From positions 820 to 64,819 of the forward strand of contig JBILLF010000005.1 of NCBI GenBank assembly GCA_044376225.1: a stretch of DNA of 64,000 nt, written 5' to 3'. This DNA comes from Patescibacteria group bacterium. GTDB taxonomy: Bacteria; Bacteroidota; Ignavibacteria; Kapaibacteriales; Kapaibacteriaceae. Position 1 is the stretch's first letter; every line of letters starts with the position of its first letter. Under the pieces are notes generated by a model. It had not been told where the DNA came from. It did not search any database and saw only the letters and a list, made by a program, of their open reading frames with translations. The position numbers were made by a program, and so were the translations under genes. Below, piece by piece: positions 47,732 to 55,694 of this stretch.

Positions 47732-48916
47732 CTATTGGAGGATTTGGTCAAGGGTCATACCAAGGAACACGTCGAGCCGCATGCCGTCGCCGCCAACAAC
47801 GATCAGTCGCGCATCGCCGTGCATCTTCCGAAACTGCTCAGCTCCTCGGTATGCCCTTCGGCTGTCTCCGCTCTTTACCTCGATAAGTACCAGCTGACGT
47901 GGACTCTGAAGGACGAAATCCACCTCGGCGTTGCCTTCTCGCCAATACTTGACAAACGTTGTTGTTCCCCGCGTCAAACCGAGAAGATGCGAACCAACGG
48001 CAGACTCAACGATCTGTCCGCGCAGCGCAGGGTCGATGGACTCTGCCGAACCAGACAGCCCGAGGATGGCAGAGAGCAATGCCGGTGCTGTACTGATGAG
48101 CTTTGGGCTCGCGGCGCGGGAACGCAACGCCGTGGCAGTGTACTTTTCGATTCCGGTCAACAGACCGCTATCAGAAAGAAGCGAAAGGTACTGTGCAATC
48201 GTTGCTGCGTTTCCAGAATCTTGTAGCTGACCGAGCAGCTTTTGAAGCGACACGATCTGTGTCGACATGCTTGTTCCGAGAATGAACAGGTTTCGAAGTA
48301 GGGCCGGCTTGTCAATCCGCTCAAGTGACAGAACATCAAGGGCCAAAGTGCTCTCAATGATGGACTGCTGCATGTAGTCCCGCCAGCGATCCGGCGTTGA
48401 ACGGAATTCCATCGGACCCGGATACCCACCAACAATGAGATACTCATAAAACAACACACCAAAGGCATCCCGCATCTCGGGCCATGACCAGTGTCCGGCA
48501 CGCAGCACTTCGAACCGACCGGCCAAACTCTCGGATATCCCCTTTCGGATGAGCGTTGTTGATGAACCCGTAAGCACCACCTGCACACGACATCCAGAGG
48601 CGGTGTCTTCATCCCACAGACGCTTGACGATCGAACTCCAGTCGGGCACCCTCTGGATCTCATCCACAGACAGCACGCAGCTGCCAAATTCACTAGCGAT
48701 AGAGCGCGCACGCTTCCACTTCTCGATCAACCACTCACGACCAGTGATCTCCAAGTCGTCGGCGGAGATCGAAAACGTCGGCTTATCACACCCGTCAAGA
48801 GCTTGCCGCACGAGCGTGGTCTTGCCAACCTGTCGCGGACCGAGGATGATCTGCATGAACCGGCGAGGCTCAGCGAGCCGTCGTTCAAGTTCGTATGATT
48901 GCGGACGTCTATACAT
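47732..48916 (-). CDS. AAA-family ATPase with DUF4143-type C-terminal domain
   Basis: Walker A ILGPRQVGKTTL and Walker B VLSVDEIQ. I moved the start to the ATG (MYRRPQ) inside the GTG-initiated ORF. Confidence 0.75.
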   Translation of the reverse strand: MYRRPQSYELERRLAEPRRFMQIILGPRQVGKTTLVRQALDGCDKPTFSISADDLEITGREWLIEKWKRARSIASEFGSCVLSVDEIQRVPDWSSIVKRLWDEDTASGCRVQVVLTGSSTTLIRKGISESLAGRFEVLRAGHWSWPEMRDAFGVLFYEYLIVGGYPGPMEFRSTPDRWRDYMQQSIIESTLALDVLSLERIDKPALLRNLFILGTSMSTQIVSLQKLLGQLQDSGNAATIAQYLSLLSDSGLLTGIEKYTATALRSRAASPKLISTAPALLSAILGLSGSAESIDPALRGQIVESAVGSHLLGLTRGTTTFVKYWREGNAEVDFVLQSPRQLVLIEVKSGDSRRAYRGAEQFRKMHGDARLIVVGGDGMRLDVFLGMTLDQILQ

Positions 48917-48920
48917 GATT

Positions 48921-48964
48921 TGTGAGGGATATCTCACAAAATTATGAGCGATCGCTCACAAAAT
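48921..48964 (-). promoter_or_regulatory. candidate promoter/operator: two 19-nt direct repeats (period 22 nt) each embedded in a palindrome
   Basis: TGTGAGGGATATCTCACA lies at 48921-48938 and TGAGCGATCGCTCA at 48945-48958. On the sense strand ATTTTGTGAG occurs twice, and TAATTTTG is an exact TAnnTTTG -7 motif 20 nt before the ATG. Confidence 0.4.
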
Positions 48965-49001
48965 CAATGGAGCGATGCTAACTGTCTTGTTTTGCAGGGG
49001 G

Positions 49002-49646
49002 CTACAGACGTATGAGCTCGTTGGCAATGCTCTCGATCGGACGTGTTGTACCATCCGTTGCACTCCGGATCATAGTTGCCGCGATGGCCCTTCCATGAAC
49101 CGCCCGGTAGGCTCGAGGGATGAGAAACGCAAAAGTCTGGGCAAACCAGATACCGATGCGCTCTCCGATGCGCTCCTCGCGTCGGTCACCAACGATGAAT
49201 GACGGACGCAGGATGGTCAGGCGTTCAAAGCCCAAAGCCTGCATGTCCCGCTCGAGGTCGTGCTTAACCTGGATGTAGAGGAACCGGGAGTTGGGTTTGA
49301 TGCCGATGGAGCTGACCATGATCCAGTGCTTGGCACCATGCTCTCGGGCGAACCGGGCAACACGCATCGGGTATTCGTAGTCGAAGAGTCGATATCGCTC
49401 GGGACTCCCCGCAGTCTTGATCGTGGATCCCATGGCGCTGAACACCACGTCCACGTCGTATACATCCTCGGATCCGTCAAGAGCATCGAAGTCCTTCACG
49501 ACGTTCCTAACACGTCCCGTGGGATCCGTTATCTCAAGGGGCCGACGCGTCAGCACATTGATGGTGGTGAACCGTTTATCATCAACAAGAAGCTTCGTGA
49601 GTTCGGTGCCCACAAGTCCCGTGGCACCGATGATGAGGGAACGCAT
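49002..49646 (-). CDS. NAD(P)H-binding (atypical SDR) protein
   Basis: Start trimmed to MRSLIIGATGLVGTEL (Rossmann GxxGxxG). Confidence 0.75.
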   Translation of the reverse strand: MRSLIIGATGLVGTELTKLLVDDKRFTTINVLTRRPLEITDPTGRVRNVVKDFDALDGSEDVYDVDVVFSAMGSTIKTAGSPERYRLFDYEYPMRVARFAREHGAKHWIMVSSIGIKPNSRFLYIQVKHDLERDMQALGFERLTILRPSFIVGDRREERIGERIGIWFAQTFAFLIPRAYRAVHGRAIAATMIRSATDGTTRPIESIANELIRL

Positions 49647-49654
49647 GGGGGCAC

Positions 49655-50599
49655 TCACGAATATGCTTCTGCAGTTTTGAGCTCCCGATTCAGAGCGTAG
49701 GTGAAGCCCTTCTGCAGAGCGTAGGCGCCATGCCGACCATCCTTGTCGACAGCTAGGATGCCCACTTGAAACTCCTTCCAGTTCGGGTGTTTCTTGACGA
49801 TGCGACGAATGGCCTCTTCGCATGCCTCCTGGGGCGTAGCGCCGTAGCGCATACGTTCAACGGCCACGGTTGATGCACTCGTGCGGATCACGGACTCGCC
49901 AAGACCAGTGCAAGTGGCGCCCCCTACCTCATCGTCAACGAACAATCCCGCACCTATGATCGGCGAGTCGCCCACGCGTCCATGGATCTTGTAGGCGAGT
50001 CCGCTGGTAGTGCACGCTCCTGCCATACGTCCACGCGAATCACGCGCAAGGAGCCCAATGGTATCGTGGTTCTCGATGTTGATCACGGGCTTGTAATTCT
50101 TCTCCTTTACCCATTCCTGCCAGGCCTTGCGTGCTGCCTTCGAGAGGTCATTGGGCAGTTGCTTCATTCCGTTCTCGCGGGCAAAGCGTTCAGCACCAGC
50201 GCCCACGATCATCACATGCGGCGTTGTGTCCATCACCATTCGTGCCAGCGAGACCGGATGCTTGATGCCCTGCAGGAAGCAGGCCGAGCCGGCACGGCCA
50301 TCGCCAGCCATGATGCATGCATCTAGCGTCACAATGCCATCACGATCCGGCAAGCCGCTAAGCCCCACACTCAGATTCGTCGGATCGGCCTCGGTCACCA
50401 TCACGCCGTGTTCGACGGCATCGACAACGCTCCCACCCGAGGCAAGCGTCTTCAGCGCCGCCGCATTGGCCGCAATGCCATGGTCCCACGTTGAGATGAC
50501 AAGGGGCTCTGCATCACCTGCAGCAGCAAGCGCCCTCGGCAGCTCCCTGGCAAGGGCAGCAACACCAATGGACGTGGCAAGGAAGGAACGACGGAGCAT
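49655..50599 (-). CDS. N4-(beta-N-acetylglucosaminyl)-L-asparaginase / isoaspartyl peptidase family (Ntn hydrolase), Tat signal
   Basis: Twin-arginine signal MLRRSFLATSIGVAALA; autoprocessing site HDTIG; GAGLF. Confidence 0.8.
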   Translation of the reverse strand: MLRRSFLATSIGVAALARELPRALAAAGDAEPLVISTWDHGIAANAAALKTLASGGSVVDAVEHGVMVTEADPTNLSVGLSGLPDRDGIVTLDACIMAGDGRAGSACFLQGIKHPVSLARMVMDTTPHVMIVGAGAERFARENGMKQLPNDLSKAARKAWQEWVKEKNYKPVINIENHDTIGLLARDSRGRMAGACTTSGLAYKIHGRVGDSPIIGAGLFVDDEVGGATCTGLGESVIRTSASTVAVERMRYGATPQEACEEAIRRIVKKHPNWKEFQVGILAVDKDGRHGAYALQKGFTYALNRELKTAEAYS

Positions 50600-50610
50600 G
50601 TCAGGTTACA

Positions 50611-50652
50611 GGTTTTGGGTTTTGGGTTTTGGGTTTTGGGTTTTGGGTTTTC
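50611..50652. repeat. (GGTTTTG)x5 + GGTTTTC heptamer array, 12 nt upstream of the asparaginase-family start
   Basis: Direct reading. Five GGG runs are spaced by TTTT on the plus (template) strand. Confidence 0.95.
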
Positions 50653-50659
50653 GTTGTAG

Positions 50660-50680
50660 GGGCGAGACGCAGTCTCGCCC
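50660..50680. repeat. perfect hairpin GGGCGAGAC-GCA-GTCTCGCCC (module shared with 51825-51845)
   Basis: 9-bp perfect stem. The surrounding 43 nt (50646-50688) recur at 51811-51853 with 2 mismatches. Confidence 0.9.
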
Positions 50681-50703
50681 GACGGGGAAGTACATCCGCA
50701 GCA

Positions 50704-51789
50704 TCACCTGTCGACGCCTGCTGTTTTGCGCCAAAGCCACTCCATTGGACCCATTCGGTGGCGGGAAAGCCACAGCTTACTCAGCGCGATCTGTGCGGCA
50801 AGAATGACCAGTGCGAGGAGAGTTGACTCCGTTGCCGAGAGCTTATCGTATAGTCCAAATCCGTATCCGTAGAACAGCGTTGTAGCAACCACCGAGTGCA
50901 TGAGATAGTTTGTCAGTGCCATCCTTCCGGCATGCGCAAACACCTGTAGACGTCGGGCGTTGAGGAGTATCAGTGCTACGTAGGAGAAACTCAGTAGCGG
51001 AGCGCCTACATGCGTGCTGAGACTTACGAGAAACGGTTCTTGCGCGGAGTACCCTACTAGCATGGCAATGGAGCCGAGAATGCCGAGGGGCAGTGTCACC
51101 TTCCAAGCGCGACGAAGAAAGGTCTCATGAATGCTGATGTTGGAGAGGATCTTCTCACGTCCTACAACCAGACCGAGCAGAAACATGGTAAAGACCATCG
51201 GGATCTGGATGTCAATGATGGATCGTTCTGAGGCACGAAGCTGGACCAATTCGGTGTATGTGCCGGACGAGTATGCCGAAATGCTCGCTGTTGACATCAG
51301 CGTGCTGGCATCCTCGAGTGGGACAAAGCTGAAGTAGACAGTTCCCGCAAGAGCTATTCCCCCGGCTGTTGCAAGGAGCGCTCTCGTGGGAAGTTTTCGC
51401 ACCATCATCAACAGAACGCCGGCCAGCGCATAGAGTCGCAGAATATCGCCATCCCAGAGCAGGATCGAATGCGCAATGCCAATCAACAGCAAAACACCCA
51501 GCCGCTGCAGGTACAATCGTACAAATGGACGTCCCGACTCTTCCATGCGCTGCATCTGGACGGCAAAGCCAACGCCGAAGAGAAAGCTGAAAAGCAGATA
51601 GAACTTCGTCAGCGCAAAACAGGCTATTGCCAGGTCAACAACCTGATCGATTGCCGAGCCGCGCGCAGCAAACGTCCCGGCCCGCAGTGCCGAGCCGCTG
51701 AAGTCGACCATGTTCACAAGAAAGATGCCACACAAGGCTACACCCCGAAGAACATCGAGCTCCTCAATCCTTTTCGTCTTTTGTTCCAT
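50704..51789 (-). CDS. DUF418-domain membrane protein (YeiB-like)
   Basis: RIEELDVLRGVALCGIFLVNM N-terminus, multiple TM helices, and C-terminal GPMEWLWR. Confidence 0.8.
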   Translation of the reverse strand: MEQKTKRIEELDVLRGVALCGIFLVNMVDFSGSALRAGTFAARGSAIDQVVDLAIACFALTKFYLLFSFLFGVGFAVQMQRMEESGRPFVRLYLQRLGVLLLIGIAHSILLWDGDILRLYALAGVLLMMVRKLPTRALLATAGGIALAGTVYFSFVPLEDASTLMSTASISAYSSGTYTELVQLRASERSIIDIQIPMVFTMFLLGLVVGREKILSNISIHETFLRRAWKVTLPLGILGSIAMLVGYSAQEPFLVSLSTHVGAPLLSFSYVALILLNARRLQVFAHAGRMALTNYLMHSVVATTLFYGYGFGLYDKLSATESTLLALVILAAQIALSKLWLSRHRMGPMEWLWRKTAGVDR

Positions 51790-51803
51790 GATTTAGGTGT
51801 TGG

Positions 51804-51817
51804 GGTTTTGGGTTTTC
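51804..51817. repeat. GGTTTTG GGTTTTC heptamers, 15 nt upstream of the DUF418 start
   Basis: Direct reading. Confidence 0.85.
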
Positions 51818-51824
51818 GATGTAC

Positions 51825-51845
51825 GGGCGAGACGCAGTCTCGCCC
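51825..51845. repeat. second copy of hairpin GGGCGAGAC-GCA-GTCTCGCCC
   Basis: Identical to 50660-50680. Confidence 0.9.
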
Positions 51846-51897
51846 GACGGGGTTCGCCGGGATGACGGGTGGGTCCCGCTTTCGCGCGGATGACGAC

Positions 51898-51974
51898 GTC
51901 ACTTGTCACTTGTCACTTGTCACTCGTCACTTGTCACTCGTCACTTGTCACTTGTCACTTGTCACTTGTCACTT
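51898..51974. repeat. (GTCACTT/GTCACTC)x11 heptamer array overlapping the prolyl-oligopeptidase stop codon
   Basis: Eleven contiguous heptamers (nine GTCACTT, two GTCACTC). The stop TGA of the CDS ending at 51962 lies inside the tenth copy. Confidence 0.95.
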
Positions 51975-54073
51975 GTCTTCGGCACAAACCCCATCTCGTG
52001 CCACATGAACGTGTACTTGTCGGCCACACCCTCAAGGAGTTTGCGGCGATTGACATCTCCATGACCGGAGCGGAGTTTGACGCGAAGAAGCATGGGGCGC
52101 TGCCCCGTGTAGAGGCTTTGTAGCTGAGCTGCGTACTTGAAGCTGTGCGCCGGCACCACGCGGTCGTCATGATCTGCCGTCATCACCATTGTCGATGGAT
52201 ATTCGACGCCGGCGCGGAGATTGTGATATGGCGAGTAGGCATACAACGCCTTGAACTCGTCAGGCTTGCTGATCTCACCATAGTCAGCCTGCCAGTTCCA
52301 GCCGATCGTAAAACGATGGAATCGAAGCATGTCCATAACGCCGACCTCAGGGATCGCAACACGAAAGAGGTCTGGGCGCTGATTGATCACTGCTCCGACC
52401 AGTAGCCCCCCGTTGGAGCGCCCATTCAAAGCGAGTGCATCCCGTGTTGTTACAGCGTTGCCGATTAGCCATTCGGCGCAAGCGATCGCATCGTTAAAAA
52501 CATTTTGCTTGTTGAGTCGCATCCCAGCCTTGTGCCAATCTTCACCATACTCGCCCCCTCCCCGGAGGTTAGCTATAGCAATCACGCAACCCTGCTCAAG
52601 CCAAGGAATGTAGTTGACGTTGAAGCTGGGCGTGATAGAGATGTTGAAGCCACCGTAACCGTAGAGTATTGTTGGACGTGGACCGCTCACACCCTTCTTG
52701 CGCAGAAGGGTCATCGGGATACGCGTTCCGTCTTTACTCTTCACAAAGACTTGCTCGGTGCTGAATGAAGATGGATCGAACGGAGCTTGGATGCTTTGCC
52801 ACGTATCGACTGCGCCAGTAGCAACATCATAACGATAGATCGTTGTTGGTGTGGTGTACGATGTAAACGTGAAGTATACAGATGTATCACTGGTCCTGCC
52901 ATCGAAACCAGAGACAGATCCAATGCCAGGAAGCTGAACGTCGGATAGCTTGTTTCCGTCAAGGTTGGCTACTTCAACAACGTGATGGACATCCGACATA
53001 TAGGTGAGGAACATGCGTCCGCCACCAAAGGACAATTCATCAAGGACGATGCTCCGCTCGGCGACAACGGTCTCCATATCTGCCGCACCAAGGGGGTCAG
53101 CAATTCGCACGACGCGTCCATTAGGCGACCCATCTGTGCATACACCATAGAGGACTCCACGGTGATCATACCGTGGATAGAACGACGCCGATGCATTTGA
53201 ATAGATCTTTCTCCATTCACTCAGCGACGCATCTAGGGGGCGAATGTATACGTCGTTGCCATCCTGATTTCCATTGCGAACGGTCCGGATCAGATAGGGT
53301 GAATCTTCAAGTATGTAACATCCAACGAACTGCTCGGGATTAGAGGCATCGGTATAAACCAGCTCGTCTTGGTTCTGCATGGTGCCCAGCCTATGGTACA
53401 TGACATATTGCTGAGAATTGCGCTGCACTAAAGACTTTGACGCAGATGACGAGGAATCATAGCGCGAATAGTAGAACCCGTTCTCATGCCAGCTCACGCC
53501 CGAGTTTTTCACAAAACGCAAAACATCGGGAAGGATTTTCCGTGTGGCAATGTCCATGATGTAAATGTCACGCCAGTCCGAGCCCCCTTCCGATTTACCG
53601 AAGGCGAGATAGCGGCCGTCTTTGCTTTCGGTGGCAAACGCGAGCGTCACTGTACCATCAGCACTGAATGTATTGGGGTCAAGCAACACCTCGATCTCAG
53701 ATGACCCATCGCGCTGCATGCACAGCACCGAATGATTCTGCCGTCCATCATTGCGATAGAAGAACGTCATCCCCGCCCTGTGCCAGGGCGCTGAACGCCG
53801 CTCAAAGGTGTTAACCTCATCAAGCCGATCGAGCAGTTTGGCGCGATATGGAATTGTGCCAAGAAATGCCTCAGAAACAGCGGCCTGCTTCTCCACCCAC
53901 TGCTCCACCTCCGGGTCACGGTCATTCTCGAGCCATCGATATGGGTCGATCACCACCGTCCCGTGAATGGTATCGCGCACATCAACTCGGCGCGTTGTCG
54001 GATAGGTAAGGGGCTGAGCAGAGGCCCAGCTAACGGAAAGAAGCACGACTGTTGCGAAGATGAATGCGTTCAT
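51962..54073 (-). CDS. prolyl oligopeptidase (S9A) family serine peptidase
   Basis: Signal peptide; DPYRWLE; catalytic NGRSNGGLLVGA; C-terminal GHG. Confidence 0.9.
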   Translation of the reverse strand: MNAFIFATVVLLSVSWASAQPLTYPTTRRVDVRDTIHGTVVIDPYRWLENDRDPEVEQWVEKQAAVSEAFLGTIPYRAKLLDRLDEVNTFERRSAPWHRAGMTFFYRNDGRQNHSVLCMQRDGSSEIEVLLDPNTFSADGTVTLAFATESKDGRYLAFGKSEGGSDWRDIYIMDIATRKILPDVLRFVKNSGVSWHENGFYYSRYDSSSSASKSLVQRNSQQYVMYHRLGTMQNQDELVYTDASNPEQFVGCYILEDSPYLIRTVRNGNQDGNDVYIRPLDASLSEWRKIYSNASASFYPRYDHRGVLYGVCTDGSPNGRVVRIADPLGAADMETVVAERSIVLDELSFGGGRMFLTYMSDVHHVVEVANLDGNKLSDVQLPGIGSVSGFDGRTSDTSVYFTFTSYTTPTTIYRYDVATGAVDTWQSIQAPFDPSSFSTEQVFVKSKDGTRIPMTLLRKKGVSGPRPTILYGYGGFNISITPSFNVNYIPWLEQGCVIAIANLRGGGEYGEDWHKAGMRLNKQNVFNDAIACAEWLIGNAVTTRDALALNGRSNGGLLVGAVINQRPDLFRVAIPEVGVMDMLRFHRFTIGWNWQADYGEISKPDEFKALYAYSPYHNLRAGVEYPSTMVMTADHDDRVVPAHSFKYAAQLQSLYTGQRPMLLRVKLRSGHGDVNRRKLLEGVADKYTFMWHEMGFVPKTSDK

Positions 54074-54090
54074 GCGGCAAAACTACAATG

Positions 54091-55362
54091 TCACTCGCCC
54101 CCTAGCCCTTCGAACTTGGCCTTCATCGTGGGGTTGTTCTTTGTAAGCTTCTTGATGGTCACTTCCTGGGCCTTGTCGTTGGCCAGACGCAGGTTTCGGT
54201 CGGCTCCGAGGAGTGCTTCCTTGGTCTTTTGCAGGTGATCGATAGACTTATCGATCTCATCGATGGCGGTCTGAAAGCGACGTGAGGCCAGATCGTAGTT
54301 CTTGCCGAAGGTAGTCTTGAATGCTTCAAGGTCTTCTTCGAACGTCGTGATGTCGATATTCTGCGCCTTGACCAGTGCCAGTTCGGCTTTGTACTGCAGG
54401 GTCTTCATCGATGCATTGCGCAGAAGAGTGATGATGGGGATGAAGAACTGTGGGCGAACAACGTACATCTTTGAGTGACGATGCGAGACGTCCACGATGC
54501 CGGCGTTATACAGTTCGTTATCTGGTTCGAGGAGTGACACCAGCACGGCATACTCGCAGTTTTTCTCGGCGCGATCCTTGTCAAGCTCCTTCAGGAAATC
54601 GTCGTTCCTCTTCTTGGTTGCCGTGGTATCCGCTTCATTCTTCATTTCGAACATGATCGACACTATCTCGTTGCCGTGTTGATCAGATTCACGGAAGATG
54701 AAGTCGCCCTTGCTTCCGGTTCGGGCATCATTATCCTTCTCGAAATAGGCATTCGGAAACGCTGCCGCGCGAATGCTATTGAAGGAGATCTCACAGTGTT
54801 GTTCGAGTGTCTCACCCAGCATCTTCGTCGAGAGCTTGGCCTTCATATCGCGCATGCGTTCGATCTGCTCATCGCGATCCTTGATCTGCGCCTCATACCG
54901 TTCTTTAAGCCCCTTTTCCTCCAGCTGTCGCTGCAATTCCAGTCTCTCAAGGGAGGCCTTCATTTCATTGCGTTCCCGCTCTGCTTTTTCGACCGCTTGA
55001 GTGATGGCCAACTGCTGCACGGTATCACGGTTCTCGAGCTTGGCTTTCAGATCACGGATCTCCTGCTCTTTGGCTGCTGCGGTACTTTGAATCTCCTGCT
55101 GCAACTGCTGCTGGGCCAACTGTGAAGCAGAGGTAAGCCGCTGGATCTCGGCATCCTTTACCGATGCCTCTCGCTCCAGTTGGGCTCTAAGTCTTGCTTC
55201 GGCAAGTTCGATGGCCGTTCGCTTATCATTCTCAGCCAACTCAAGTCGAGCATGAATCTCCTTCTCGAACTCGGAATCATGCACCTGCTTTAGGATATCG
55301 GCATAGCCCGCTTCATCGATCGTAAATGCCTTCCCACAGTGCGGACATTTGATCTCGTTCAT
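54091..55362 (-). CDS. DUF2130 domain protein (zinc-ribbon + long coiled coil + C-terminal globular domain)
   Basis: [28 protein letters not shown]-terminus, then about 150 aa of coiled coil. The ORF-track start (a TTG at 55368) was trimmed to the ATG. Confidence 0.75.
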   Translation of the reverse strand: MNEIKCPHCGKAFTIDEAGYADILKQVHDSEFEKEIHARLELAENDKRTAIELAEARLRAQLEREASVKDAEIQRLTSASQLAQQQLQQEIQSTAAAKEQEIRDLKAKLENRDTVQQLAITQAVEKAERERNEMKASLERLELQRQLEEKGLKERYEAQIKDRDEQIERMRDMKAKLSTKMLGETLEQHCEISFNSIRAAAFPNAYFEKDNDARTGSKGDFIFRESDQHGNEIVSIMFEMKNEADTTATKKRNDDFLKELDKDRAEKNCEYAVLVSLLEPDNELYNAGIVDVSHRHSKMYVVRPQFFIPIITLLRNASMKTLQYKAELALVKAQNIDITTFEEDLEAFKTTFGKNYDLASRRFQTAIDEIDKSIDHLQKTKEALLGADRNLRLANDKAQEVTIKKLTKNNPTMKAKFEGLGGE

Positions 55363-55419
55363 GGTCAACCAGCCTTTGACACGATGTAACTACAATGGAT
55401 CAAGTTACGGTATGGCGGA

Positions 55420-55457
55420 GTCATCACGGCGTAGGCCCGTCATCACGGCGTAGGCCC
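55420..55457. repeat. 19-nt tandem direct repeat GTCATCACGGCGTAGGCCC x2
   Basis: Two exact adjacent copies. Confidence 0.9.
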
Positions 55458-55468
55458 GGATCCATCTT

Positions 55469-55646
55469 CGTCATCCCCGCGAGGTCCTTCGTCGCCTTCG
55501 GCTCCTCAGGATGACGCACCGCGCATTTCTTTGGGGGAACAAGCAAATCGCCGCGCGCTACGCGCGGCGATTTCAGATGTTGCTACAAAAGCGAAAGCGT
55601 GCGTCATCCTGAGGCCCGGAGGGCCGAAGGACCTCGCGGAATGACG
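55469..55646. repeat. 178-nt imperfect inverted repeat (about 50-nt arms) with apical perfect 13-bp hairpin (55545-55573)
   Basis: The left arm CGTCATCCCCGCGAGGTCCTTCG...CTCAGGATGACGCAC is about 85% complementary to the right arm GTGCGTCATCCTGAGG...CGAAGGACCTCGCGGAATGACG. The centre is AAATCGCCGCGCG-CTA-CGCGCGGCGATTT. Confidence 0.85.
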
Positions 55647-55694
55647 TAACTCGTCTCTCGTCTCTTGTCTCTCGTCTCTAGTAACTCGTAACAA
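55646..55694. repeat. seven GTMWCTN heptamers (GTAACTC GTCTCTC GTCTCTT GTCTCTC GTCTCTA GTAACTC GTAACAA) spanning the stop of the permease gene
   Basis: Direct reading. The stop TAG of the CDS ending at 55678 is the reverse complement of the CTA in GTCTCTA. Confidence 0.9.

Noticed and set aside
50611-50652. (GGGTTTT)n as a telomere of a linear replicon
   Set aside because: The tract is internal, flanked on both sides by ordinary genes, and occurs at three separate internal loci.
51898-51974. Heptamer arrays as a CRISPR array or minisatellite-encoded peptide
   Set aside because: The repeats are contiguous 7-mers with no spacers, no cas genes are nearby, and the unit is far below CRISPR repeat size.
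51469-52123. ORFs translating to VTCHLSLVTRHLSL... repeats
   Set aside because: These are translations of the GTCACTT heptamer array and of sequence antisense to flanking genes. They are not credible proteins.
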